Assembly: GCF_963921235.1 (NCBI RefSeq)
Contig: NC_086097.1
Coordinates: 163,124,001-163,188,000, forward strand
DNA: 64,000 bases
Direction: 5' to 3'
Origin: Mobula hypostoma
Lineage: Eukaryota
The notes beneath the pieces are model-generated. The model saw only the letters and a program-made list of their open reading frames with translations. It had not been told where the DNA came from and ran no database searches. Position 1 is the first letter of the stretch. The number at the start of each line of letters is the position of its first letter. Shown piece after piece: positions 12,781-25,298 of this stretch. The translations under genes were made by a program, and so were the position numbers.

Positions 12781-13989
12781 CTCAAATATATTTTCCTTCT
12801 CCAGTTATAATGAACAAAACCTATGCCATGAGAACTACAATAGAAGCAACAACAACTATTGAAGACAAGGCAAAAATCTTAGTGTAGTTATTGCAATTAA
12901 AGTCATCTTCTTGCATTTTACTCACTCCATAAGAAATTTGAATTAATAAAGGTTTTCAGCATACTCTAAAGACGATCTGTAACATTGAGACAAGGTTCAG
13001 TTTAAGGCAACATACATGAGGCCAGATGTCTCAGGAATGTTACAATGATTGGTTGCTGCATGTTTTTAAGTACTTAGGGAGACTGCAGAAACAAGTCTAA
13101 TTCCCCATAAATCTGACTCATGTCCAATACCACTGAGACATTCGCTGTGAGCTATCAAAAGAAGTTGCTCCAGGAAATAAAGAAATGGTTTGCTGATGTC
13201 TTCATTGTAGATTCATATTGAATATTTTCTTCTATGTTTTACAGCCCAGTGATACATTTTGGATGTGAAGTTACCAATTTAATGCAAGAAATAACAGGGC
13301 TAATCTTCTGCAAGATCCACTTGGGCATGTTAGCAGAAAAGCTGAGGTGTTCCTAAGTGTATGGTATAGCATAACATTCCATTCTGCAAGGTGCCAATAG
13401 CAGGAATCCTGTGCTACAGACTTGAGGAGATATTCATCTATTCCTGCTAATATTTCTTAAGAGACATTAAGCTATATGCAAGGAAACAGGCTCTTGGGCC
13501 CACTCTACCGACCACCAAGCACCCATTTCTTGTCCTATTATGAATATGGCCAGGTTAAGATTGCACAGATACAGTATGCCACTGACAGGAGAAATTATCT
13601 GCTGGAAGAAAGCTAAGTAGAGTTCTTTCTACTTGAATTAATTATTAAATTGTCATAATTTTGGGTGTACATGTATGCTTTGTGTTTTCTAACTTTTTCT
13701 TAGCAGATCCAGACTGATTTTGAATGTCTGTAGCAAAGACATTCATAACAACGATGGTTTTGACAGTCTGTGAACCTGAGAACTGGCTTTACGTACTGTC
13801 ATAACTACCCTGTCACTGCAGCTGGATCCTTGCATTTAGAGATGTCCTGCTCTGTCTGTCCTGTACATCACTGGACCCTGTTTTTTTTAGGTGGGAGACT
13901 GTACCTGGGCCATATTGGAAGAAATGGAATGATCCAAGGCATAGTTAAATAGGAATCTCCTGGATAACAATAGAGTTGCCCCAATGTTG

Positions 13990-14570
13990 AGGTAGTTATC
14001 CATGAACAGTGGGCTGCAGGTTGCTCCCCAGAGGCGGCCACATTGGGCCACAGCACGCTCCCCACAGGAGGCTGCATCAGGCCAGAGGTCAGGAGGCAGT
14101 TTCTCTGCAAATGAAGGCCCCAAGGAAAGACTGAGTTGCAGCTGTTGGCTCTCCTCGATGCTGATGGAGGAATTCTTCAAAATTCCGAGACATATGTGAT
14201 TATTATTGGTGTGGACTGCAGTTTATCTTATCTCCTTCAGTTTTTCTGTTTTGTTTCTTGCTGCCGATTGGCAGGAGGGCAATGTTATTTTTTTTGGGTG
14301 AGGGAGGGGTCGGGTGCCTGGTGTTATTGTTGCTGTTTTTTTTGTGTGTGGGGTGATGCCTGGGAATTAGAGATTTGATGTTTTCGCCATCATGTCCAGG
14401 AGGGCGATCTGTTAGTTGTTATGCAAGTTTTGTTTCTTTCTCTATTTTTCTGTGGGAGGGGGGCCTGAATGACTTCCATCATTTTTCTGTATTTTATGGC
14501 TATCTGCAGAAGACAAACCTCAGAGGTGTATTCTGCATACAAACTTTGATAACAAAGTGAACCTTTGTAC
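13990..14570 (+). mobile_element. Non-LTR retroelement 3' portion (family unresolved)
   Basis: Ends in 'aacctcagaggtgtattctgcatacaaactttgataacaaagtgaacctttg', the same tail type as 46440-46530. Confidence 0.4.
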
Positions 14571-15707
14571 CATTCCCAGGCATGTACCTAACCTGCTGTG
14601 TTACCAGCCACGAGGAGATGGGGAAAGTTTGGTGAAACCTAACCAATTGCTTCAATTCTCCTTTCTGCAGTCAGCCTGACTGCTGCTGAAAAGTAGCCAG
14701 TCAAGAGTCCATTCTATAATTGTGCTGCATTCTCCAGCAACACTTCTGTTTTCAAAGACCAGCAGCAACAACACAACCTACAGTCCTTTTTGATTAAATC
14801 TCCTTAGACTGAAACCTGATCTCTAGAGAATTCATGAAATTTATCAGTTTCATTTCAGAATCCCAGGATCAGTCCTTCATACCAGCCAGCCCACAGTCCT
14901 CTAAGGAGCTTGTATATCTGAGGAAATGTTCAGTTCACATTTGTGAAACTAAGTAATTTATCCAACATAAATTAGTTTTAGAGGTAAAGCTCTGCAGAAT
15001 CACAAAAATTTCAGGCCAGAGTCTTGTCTGTTCTGTTTGAGCAATTCAGTTCATCTCCTAATCCTTACAGACCACCTCTTTATGGCTGTGTATCTTATTG
15101 TCTGCCTGCACTTTATCTGTATTCTGTTATTATATTCCCTGTACTACCTCAATGCACCAATGTGATGAAACGATCTGTATGGATAGCATGCAAAATAAAC
15201 TTTTTTGCTACACTTCAGTACATGTGACAATAATAAATCAATTTACCAATTTAATTGTTTTCCCTCTTGATATTTAGCTAATTTCTTTCGAAGCCACATC
15301 TGAATCTGTTCCCATCATCTTTCATGCAGAATTTTTGGACGATTGCTTAGTGAATGAAAAAAGATGACTTCTGCCAATCATCTTCCATCTGCATCCTTTG
15401 ATCTTATTCTGCTCCCACTAATGGGAACCATTTCTCCACACAAAGTGCCTTCAAGATATGTAAACCCGAACATGTTCAGATTTTATCTTTCAGTAATTAT
15501 CATCTTGGGCAAAATTAGGTATTTTATATTATTAAAAAGAATTATGATGAAACTTTTATATGGGCAATTATATTTTGAAACTTCTGATAATACACCAATT
15601 TCAAATTCCTGGGTGCCAATATCTCTGTGGACCTAACCTGACACAGCTATAAAAGCGGCAAAGCAGATTTGGCTTGTCAACTAAAACACTTGAACACAAC
15701 TAAAACA

Positions 15708-15815
15708 CTTCAGTTAGTCCTGACGAAGGGTCTCGGCTGGAAACGTCGACTGAACCTCTTCCTAGAGATGCTGCCTGGCCTGCTGCGTTCACCAGCAACT
15801 TTGATGTGTGTTGCT
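15708..15815 (+). mobile_element. Penelope 3'-tail insertion with hammerhead motif (15716-15751, stem II damaged)
   Basis: Near-identical to 56058-56160: cagttagtc-ctgacga-agggtctcggctg-gaaacgtc-gact...gatgctgcctggcctgctgcgttcaccagcaactttgatgtgtgttgc. Confidence 0.85.
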
Positions 15816-17540
15816 TTCTCTAACTATCCCAAGTTTCCAATCACAGTCTGACTGTAGAATCAGAATTAGATTAAGCAAATTCTATGATCTATTCACTGTC
15901 AAACCAAACAATAGCGTCACAAGAGACTGCAGATGCTGGATTCTGGTGTAACAAGTACAAAGCTGAATGCACTCAACGCTTTGAAACGTTTCGTCAGCTT
16001 CAATAAACTGAAGAATCTGAGGAAATCAACCACCAGGCTTGAGTCTGGAAGGTAAATACACTTGTCACATACAGATTGAAGCGAACCGTGTCTTTGTGGA
16101 AAGAGGCTATAAAATGGAACCACACAAGCTGGCAAGATCACAGTTAATCACTGGCAGCAGAGATTCGAGCCGGCTCTTCCTGTAAAGAATACAAAATAAA
16201 CTTCCGATGTCGTCCAAATCAAACTCGGAATATGGGCTTTAAAATGAGAGGGAGCGGCTCTCCTGCCGCTTTGTGGGACTACATTGCATTTCACATCCAT
16301 GCACGAAATGTTAGCTCTTCCCGGACAGCGAGAATTACAAGAACGATCAAGGGATCGAATTACCGCCGATGGGACCTGGGATATTGCGAGGGTCTGCACA
16401 GCTGAATTCTGGCCCCGTGCAGCGTAGGGCTGAGCCATAGGGGAGCTATCAATCAGAACACTGCAAGGAATTGCAACCATCACACACCATCTCTGTTTGT
16501 TTGCAAAGTACGGAAAATGTCCAGCCGATTCATTTTCTGCTTGGGAGGTTACATTCTGTCCCGCTACACATCAGGAACGTTTAATTACCGGATTTACAGC
16601 TTTCAAAGTGGTTAGCAAAAACAACCGGGTTATTCAAATGAGTACATTAGGAACATAACAATTATTTTGCCTCATATGCCTTAGCAAGCGCGTGGAAACA
16701 AGTTAGTGGTACTCTCCCACATTCACAATGTTCAATGCATAAATATTGGACTATAGACGTTAACTCTGTGTCCTACACACATGCTGCTCAACTTGCTCAG
16801 AATTCCCAATTTTTAATGTTTTATGCAAAATGTTAAATTTATACATATTTTGATCGTTATTATTAGATTTAGTTACGTTTATGCGTGTAATATTTACGCC
16901 ACATAATTCATTTACCCACTGTTGTAATGACGAACAGTATAGCGTCTGTAAGGACAATTAGGTGATGGATTCATAGGCTAACAGCATTGATTCACCGTAG
17001 CACTGGCCACAAATCAGACACCGTCACATATAATTGTTAAGAAAAGTATCAATCTGCAAAAAAAAACACGCATCCTGCCGCATTATGTGCGTCTTCCCCG
17101 AGAGATGAGGGGAATCCCTTACAAGTAAGCAACTCTTATCTAACTTTCACCAAACTTTTTTTTTCTGACGGGTTTTTCCTGGACACGCAAACGCTCGGAA
17201 TGCTGAAATTATTAAACAAAACCTATACCAGATTCGCCAGCACCGAAGGGAAAATCTTATTGATTTCAAGGCACCGAGTTGTATTGTCAGCTCTTGCTGC
17301 TGTTGTCTCCTTTGAGGTTCCGTTTTAAGTTTTCCCGCATGAAATTTCAGAAATTTTCGCACAAGCGTTGAAAGACTTTTGCACGTGTTAAATATTTTAG
17401 CATCCTTTTCGATAACTCCCCCTCCCCCACCGCTCGTACATAATATCGTGCGCATCTCTACTTCATCTCACACCCCACATGAATGTATGCATTTATTTTT
17501 GCTCGGGATCTGTCCAGTTGCTACGTGCCCTTTCGCTTAC

Positions 17541-17613
17541 CTCTCTGCTGGGACTCTGCCCCGGTACATAGCAGCAAGAGGTGCACCGTCCACAGCCACA
17601 GTCTCGCCCCCAT
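17541..17613 (-). CDS. lama1: First coding exon (signal peptide) of a laminin alpha chain, most likely laminin alpha-1 (alpha-2 possible)
   Basis: Minus strand: gtgaggATGG (strong Kozak), MGARLWLWTVHLLLLCTGAESQQR + G, then donor AG|GTAAGC at 17540. A hydrophobic signal peptide with an A-E-S cleavage site ends in QQR-G with a phase-1 intron, as exon 1 of LAMA1/LAMA2 does before GLFPA(I/V)LNLA. Exon 2 was not found in the window. Confidence 0.6.
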
Positions 17614-17744
17614 CCTCACTGTTACACGAGAGCGGGGCACTGCGTTGAAAGCCCACCGCGCGTACTTCAGTTTTCTTCCTCCTGAAGTCTCAAAAAACTT
17701 TTCACTCTCTCACTCTGCCCTGCCTTTACAAATGTTGCATCCTT

Positions 17745-17753
17745 GGGCGTGGC
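17745..17753 (+). promoter_or_regulatory. SP/KLF GC-box upstream of the laminin exon
   Basis: GGGCGTGGC about 130 bp upstream of the ATG; motif match only. Confidence 0.4.
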
Positions 17754-19709
17754 CACTCAATCTGAAGGGAATCTCACGGACATACACAGCATTTTTTTGG
17801 TATTTAATTACATTTACTTTTTTTCCATTTGCAGTTGAAAACGATACATTAGAATTTAAACAAAGCGACAGTATTTGAAGGCTCTGTGTTCAGTACTAGG
17901 TTTGCGCCGATTATTTTTTTGCCTATCTTCGGACCCCCGTGCTTTCTAGTTATGTGGTATATTCTGACTGGGGGTTGCAGAAGTGTTACAAAGCACGGTG
18001 CAAAGGGGCTTTAAAAGTTTAGACAATAGTATCGGCTTATCGTTCTTCCGTTCTCGCGCACAAAGGCTGTGATTGACAGAGACATAATAGCAATAAAACA
18101 CGATAGCCGTCAAGGGTAGAAATAGCTTGAACCAGCTGTGCTGCGGTTAAAATACCTTCTAGAAGGGGTAATTTCTATCAAATCGAGATTATCTGTTTCA
18201 ACATTTTAAAATTATGGAGTTAACTGTTTATGAAAGCACCAGATTTACGTGTTCCGATGTATGCTGCGTGATTCTGATGAACCGAAACCCTGGAGAATTG
18301 GTATTTTAGCAAATGCAATCGCTCATTCATTCTTTAAATGGGTAATAATTGGTAATTGGTTTACTATTGTCACATGAATCGAGGTACAGGGATACGGTAC
18401 AACGAAGTAGCACAAAAATAAAATAAAACACAGTGCTTTGGTTTGGTTTACTATTGTTATCACGCGCACCAAGACAGCGAGACACATCATTCTGCTTGCC
18501 ATCCATACAGATCATTTCAGAACACAGGTACATCGAGGTAATAATACAATGCAGAATATTGTGCTACCGTTACAAAGAAAGTGTAGTTCAGGGAAATAGA
18601 TAAAATGCAAGGGCCATAACGAGGTCCGTTGAGATATTTAAATATATATATTTATTTAAGAAGAGGAACATTCTAGAGTCTTACAACCGCCGGGTATATT
18701 CTGCCGACTGGAAGGGGAAAGAAGGGTTGACCAGCGCCAATGATGTTGGCTGCTTTCCTGGGGCAGCGGGAAGTGTAGACAGAGCCATTGGAGTTTGTGC
18801 CTCTCAGTGGGGTGCAGTTTTATTACGATCCTGCACAAGGACCGGGTATAACATTTACCACATCTGCCATGCCAAAGTTGCCCACATGCCCAATCCCAAA
18901 TTTCTTACAGAGAAGAAATTGATAGATTTGCATATGAAACAGACGCATTACCAAAGGTAGTGATGCAGACTATAATAATGGCACCATGAAAGCGCATTAT
19001 GGATTGAAGCTCATTTCTCCGGACTCTTGAATGAACATCTTATATGATAAAAGTTGAACACCTGATCTCTCAATTTTCCATTCTCTGATCCTTATACCTT
19101 ATTGTTTACCTGCACAGCCCCTTCTCTGTAACTGTAACACTATATTCTGTATTCTGTTATAATTATCCTTTTTCCTTTATTTCCCTTTTGTAATGTATCA
19201 ATATGCTTACGTACGGATTGATCCGTCTGGATGGCATGCCAACAGAGTTTTTCACTGTACCTCAGTGAATGTGACAACAATAAACCAATTAGAAGCCATT
19301 GAAGAAAATTAAAAAGTAGAGAAGTTATGGTATACTCCTGTGGAACCTTGGATAAACCACAGAGATGGAATGTGACCAATTCTGATCATCATCTTGAAAA
19401 TGGATAAAGAGTGCTCCGGAGGTGATATAAAACAGAACAAGAAGGCAGAATCTAGAAGGCATAGCTGCTGCTTGTTCAAAAGACTGAGTGCTTTTCTCCA
19501 AGAAACAAGAGTCAGGAGGACAACAGAGATTTTCAAGACAATGAAGGGATGTGATGAGGTTTACATTTTTATGTAAAATCATAACAGGGAGCCATAAGTA
19601 CAAACGTTTGTATTTGTATATCTCAAAATCACTGTCATTATTACCAATAATGATAAAAAAAGGAAGTTATGGCAAGTTGAATTAAAATGAGGTGATTGAG
19701 TTTGTAGTT

Positions 19710-19835
19710 AACAACACACAAAATGCTGGAGGAACTCAGCAGGCCAGGCAGCATCTGTGGAAAAAAGTACAGTTCCTCCAGCACTTTGTGTGTGTTGCTC
19801 GGATTTCCAGCATCTGCAGATTTTCTCTTGTTTGA
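19710..19835. mobile_element. Penelope-tail-derived fold-back short element
   Basis: acacacaaaatgctggaggaac ... gttcctccagcactttgtgtgtgt (inverted), then the tail ggatttccagcatctgcagattttctcttgttt. Confidence 0.75.
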
Positions 19836-20039
19836 GTTTGTACTTATGTTAATTAATAAAACAGGTTTTAGGCATTTGTTATCTTGTTATTCTGAAGAGC
19901 AGCACTAGAAAAGTTTACATGAGTATAGTGTATATAATATTTCAGTAATATTTAAGCATTGCTGTAAATATATTGTTTGATTAAGCATTCTTTGTTTACA
20001 AAAGGCACTGCTGGTTATTTGCAAAGTACATAAATAACA

Positions 20040-21785
20040 CCATAAGACCATAAGATACAGGAACAGACGTAGGCCATTTGGCCCATTGAATCTGCTCCGC
20101 CATTCAATCATGGCTGATCCAATTCTTCCAGCTCCCCTGCCTTCTCCTCATACCCTTTGATGCCCTGGCTAATCAAGAACCTATCTACCTCTACCTTAAA
20201 TGCACTCAATGACTTTGGCCTCCACAGCTGCTCGTGGCAACAAATTCCACACATTTACCACTCTCTGACTAAAGTAATTTCTCCGCATCTCTGTTCTAAA
20301 TGGGCGTCCTTCAATCCTGAAGTTGTGCCCTCTTTTCCTAGACTCCCCTACCATGGGAACTAACTTTGCCATATCTAAACTGTTCAAGCCTTTTAACATT
20401 TGGAATATTTCTGAGATCTCCCCTCATTCTCCTGAACTCCAGGGAATACAGTCCAAGAGCTGCCGGATGTTCCTCATATGGTAACCCTTTCATTCCTGGA
20501 ATTGTGAATCTTCGCTGAACCCTCTCCAATGTCAGTATATCCTTTATAAAATAAGAAGCCCAAAACTGCACCTAATACTCCAAGTGTGGTCTCATGAGTG
20601 GCTTATGGAGCCTCAACATCACATCCCTGCTCTTATATTCTATACCTCTAGAAATGAATGCCAACAGTGCATTCGCCTTCTTCACCACTGACTCAACCTG
20701 AAGGTTAACCTTTAGGGTATCCTGCACAAGGATTGCCAAATCCCTTTGCATCTCTGCATTTTGAATTCTCTCTCCATCTAAGTAATAGTCTGCCCATTTA
20801 TTACTTCCACCAAACTGCATAACTATACACTTTCCAACATTGTATTTCATTTGCCACTTCTTTGCCCATTCCCCTAAATTATCTAAGTCTCTCTGCAGGC
20901 TCTCTGATTCCTCAACACTACCCGTTCCTCCACCTATCTCTGTATCTTCGGTAAATTTAGCTAGAAATCCATTAATCCCATAGTCCAAATCATTGACATA
21001 CATCGTAAAATGCAGCAGTCACAACACCGATCCCTGTGGAACTCCACTGGTAACCAGCAGCGAGCAGAATAGGATCCCTTTATTCCTACTTTCTGCTGAT
21101 CAACCAATGCTCCACCAATGCTGGTGACTTCCCTGTAATTTCATGGGCTCTTATCTTGCTAAGCAGCCTCATGTGCGGCACCTTGTCAAAGGCCTTCTGA
21201 AAATCCAAGTACACTACATCTACCGCATCTTCTTTGTCTACCCTGCTTGTAATTTCCTCAAAAAACTGTAGTAGGTTAGTCAGACAGGATTTTCCTTTCA
21301 GGAAACCATGCTGGCTTTGGCCTATCGTGTCATGTGCCTCCAGGTATTCTGTAATTTCATCCCTAACAATCGATTCCAACAACTTCCCAACCACTGATGT
21401 CAGGCTAACAGGTCTATAGTTTCCTTTCTGCTGCCTTCCACCCTTCTTAAATAGCGGAGTAACATTTGCAATTTTCCAGTCATCCAGTACGATGCCAGAA
21501 TCTATCGATTCTTGATAGATCATTATTAATGCCTCTGCAATCTCTCCAGCTACTTCCTTCAGAACTCAAGGGTGCATTCCATCAGGTCCAGGAGAATTAT
21601 CCACCCTCAGATCATTAAGCTTCCTGAGCACCTTCTCAGTCGTAATTTTCACTGCACATACTTCACTTCCCTGACACTCTAGAATGTCCAGTATACTGCA
21701 GATGTCTTCCACCGTGAGGACTGATGCAAAATACGCATTCAGTTCCTCTGCCACCTCTGCGTCTCTCATTACAATATCTCCAGTG
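20040..21785 (-). mobile_element. CR1 LINE inserted into the 5' LTR of the old Gypsy
   Basis: ORF pieces 21566-21769, 21086-21523 (NYRPVSLTS, YLDFQKAFDKV), 20572-21003, 20338-20571 and 20196-20399; tail (GTCTTATG)n at ~20040-20055. Confidence 0.92.
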
Positions 21786-22825
21786 TCATTATGCCACTAT
21801 GTCATACTTACACACCTTGCTTAAAGTCAGAAAGATGTTCGAGTTACATTCACATCATCCTTGTTTTCCGTTTAATTAGTTTTTTATGTTTTGGAGTTAC
21901 AAAATCCTGACAGTGGTGACGAGGAAGTTTTAAATGAACCCGAGGTGACTACCTATCTGTTGAAATGTAGCAAGTCATTGGAGTTAAAATAAAGCGTAGT
22001 GAGACAATCAAGTTTAAAAAAAAATCACAGCACATGTTCTTCAGAAGGGAAGACATGGTCAAATTTAAAAAGAGTCAGAAAACGGACAAATTCATGGATT
22101 CATAAACAATGAATACCAGGGTGATAATAATCCTAAATTTAAAATAAAAGAGCTTAAATGGCTGGCTACATTGAAAAGATTGACATGTCCATTCACACAA
22201 GAGATAATTGGATATTGCATATGAACAATATTGAGCTGTATGTTAAAGCAAATGAAATAGAAAATGAAAAGCGGGTGGCAATTTTGCTGAGTGTATTGGA
22301 TATGATGCATAGTTTGCTTAGACATTTGACTATTCCAACCAAACCAGCTGAAATTAGCTTTGCTGATATCATGAAAGTAATGCAGGAACATTTAGAACTG
22401 AAGCCATTGTTGTTTGCAGAATGCTTTATGGTTCTTAAGTGGAATGAAATGAAAGGCAGGGGGGAGGTCAATTACAGCACATGTAGCTGAATTGAAGAAA
22501 TTGTCCGAGCATTGACATTTCAGTGGTAGGCTTAATAATGCACTAAGAGGTTGTTTAGTTTGTGGAATCTTACAAGAAAATATTCAAAAATGGCTCCTAA
22601 CTGAAGTGCAATTACATTTATAAGAGCAGTTGAAATTGTCGTATCAATGGAAACAGCAGACAGAGATGCAATTAAATTGCAGTTAAAATTGAAAGTGAGC
22701 ATGAAAAAAATTTCAACATCTAAACAGAAATCCACTTGACCAAACAAATTGTGTTACTGTTATAGCAGGGGCTGACATACACTAGACCATTGCAGGTTTA
22801 AAGGTAAAACTTGCAGAAGATGCAA

Positions 22826-22968
22826 CTACACACACAAAATGCTGAAGGATGTCGACCCGAAATGTCAGCTGTGTTCTTTTCCATAGATGCTGCCTGGCTT
22901 GCTGAGTTCCTCCAGCATTTTGTGTGTGTTGCTTGGATTTCTAGCATCTGCAGATTTTCTCTTGTTTG
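22826..22968 (+). mobile_element. Penelope-tail-derived short element (decayed hammerhead) inside Gypsy gag
   Basis: acacacacaaaatgctg...cccgaaatgtc...gatgctgcctggcttgctgagttcctccagcattttgtgtgtgttgcttggatttctagcatctgcag. Confidence 0.75.
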
Positions 22969-24479
22969 AAATACAATAAATACAAAGAGCATGTTAGGCA
23001 GACAAAAATTAATGTACTTCCACAGGGAAGAGAAAAAGCTAAAATGTCAAGTCGCAGTTTCAAAAAGAGCACTAATCTGTGTGCTGTTGATAAAAAAAAT
23101 CTGATGATGCTTAGAGTTTCAGAGGTCTTGGTGGCCTTGAGATTTATAATGTGAAAATTAGCAATAGAAAAGCAATATGGCTTACACAAGAAGCGAATTG
23201 CAAATTAATTAAAACGGATTTGAACTCCGGCTTGGCTGTATCATTTATTCCACACAATGAGTTTAAACCTGCAGATATCCAACTAAGAACATACTGGAGA
23301 AGAGGCAACTCCTGTGGGAATGACATTCATAGCTGTGAAATACTACAACCAACAAGCTACATTGGCTTGTATGTGGTAAAAACAGGAGAGCCAGCATTGT
23401 GCAGTCATGATTGGCTGAAATAACTATAACTTGATTGGCGATCCATCCACTATTTGCATGTCACACTCCCTATAATTGAGTCAACAGAAAGTGGATTAAG
23501 AAAGGTACTGGATGAGACCACAGCAGTGTTCAAGGATGTCATTGGAAAACTAAAACATATCAAGGGTAAAATAGTGTTAAATGAAAATGCCACATCCAAG
23601 CTTTGCAAACCCTGTCCAATTTCTTATACCATCCATGATAAAGTAGCAAATGAGCTTGATCACATGAAGGAATTCTTTCCACGGTTGTGTGGAGCCCAAG
23701 GGCAACACCAGTGGTCCTAGTAGCCAAGAAGAATGGGTCTTTCAGGGTGTGTGGTAATTTTCAGATCACCATCTATTCAGTATTGAAAGTGGAGCAATAC
23801 CCTCTACCCAGGATAGAAGATACCCTTGCAAACCTTTCTGGAGGAAAACACTTCAGCAAAATGGACAGCAATGGAAGAAGAATCTGAAGTTGTTCTCACC
23901 ATCAACACTCACAAGGGGCTTTATCACTATAATAGGCTTATTTTAGGAGTCACATCTGCGCCTGTACTCTGGCAGAAAGCTATAGACCAGATCTGTCCAG
24001 GCACTTAGTGATGCCTGGATGACGTCATTGATACTGTTAAGGATGACAAGGAACATTTCCAAAATCTCAAGACAGTGTCAAAAAGATTAGAAGATTTTGG
24101 ACTCAGAACTTGAGACAACAAGTGTGAATTCCTCATATCAAGCATGACTAACTGTGGTCACACTATTGACTCACAAGAATTTCTGAGAAAACTCAAGCAG
24201 CGGTGGATGCCCCAATGCCAAAGGACATGTTGCAGTTGTGATCCTTTTTAAGATATGTAAATTACTATAACAGGTTTCTGTCAAACCTGGCAGTGGTGCT
24301 GTGACGCCTCACTCAGTCAATGCAGTCATGTCACATGCTATGAATAATGCAAGTGAACACCCCTTAACCTTTGTATCATGTTCCCTGACTGCTGCAGAGA
24401 AAAATTACACACAGGTTGTCAGAGAGGCCTTGAGTTTGGTTTAAGTTGTAAAATGTTTCAACCAGTACTTACAGTATAC

Positions 24480-24610
24480 AGACAACATACACAAGATGCT
24501 GGAGGAACTCAGCAGGCCAGGCAGCATCTATAGAAAAGAGTATGGTTGACATCTTGGGCCAGGACCCTTCATCCGTCATCCAGCATCAGCAGATTTTTTC
24601 TTGCTTGTGA
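24480..24610 (-). mobile_element. Penelope-tail-derived short element
   Basis: gatgctggaggaactcagcaggccaggcagcatctat...gggccaggacccttcatc (rc contains gatgaagggtcctggccc). Confidence 0.75.
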
Positions 24611-24646
24611 TTGGGGTACTTATACGTATGGGAGAGAGTTTACACT

Positions 24647-25298
24647 TGTAACAGTCTTTGCCCCACTGACCCCCTGATGTCTAGGGTGAATAGCTGTCAA
24701 CCCCGCCAAACAGTGCAATTGCTTTGGTGCGGATAAGGTGTGAGTCGCCCAATGATCAGCCACGACACAAATATGAAACAATATACAAAGTGCGAGTAAA
24801 GAATTATACTTTATAGCAAGTTTTCGGTGATGGGTTAGTAGAAACAACTACAAGAAAAGGCACCACATAAGTAACTTACCAGTCTTGTGCACATAATATT
24901 TCAATACGTTGGAGCTCACGCCTCCGATTCCATCCACAACATCCTTCCAAGACTCTGGCCACCTTCCGAACCCCCCCCCCCCGAGGTCCGGTGTCCGCCG
25001 CCCTGGAACCGCTGTCTGTTCCTCACACGTCTGTCCTCTCTGCTCGCCTCCCGAAAAAGCCCGCGCTCCTCAACTCAGCACACATATACAAGATAACAGA
25101 ACATGACTTCCATTGGCTAACAAATGAATACAATTTCCATTATCACACTGTATAACCCAAACATTGCAGTTACAGAGAACCCCCTGCTCAGCAGTTAACA
25201 TTATGAGAAGCCATTTTAATATAACACTTCAGAGAAGCCATTTTGGTAAATAAGCAATCAACAGTTAACAGTCCATCTAGTATACTGAGAGCCCTACA
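24647..25298 (-). mobile_element. Solo LTR (652 bp) inserted into the old Gypsy RNase H region
   Basis: Termini TGTA...TACA, 4-bp TSD CACT (24643-24646 and 25299-25302). Removing it restores the host frame GREFTLITDH. Strand is inferred from a CCAAT-like motif only. Confidence 0.75.

Larger units (their letters stand above)
15950..18850. promoter_or_regulatory. CpG-enriched, largely non-repetitive block around the host first exon (probable CpG-island promoter)
   Basis: CpG is visibly more frequent than in the flanking unique DNA and the block surrounds the signal-peptide exon; CpG o/e was not computed. Confidence 0.6.

Noticed and set aside
16148..16483. ORF containing MAQPYA, reminiscent of the RBFOX1 N-terminus
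   Set aside because: Similarity stops after six residues and there is no RRM exon in the window; it lies in the putative laminin intron.
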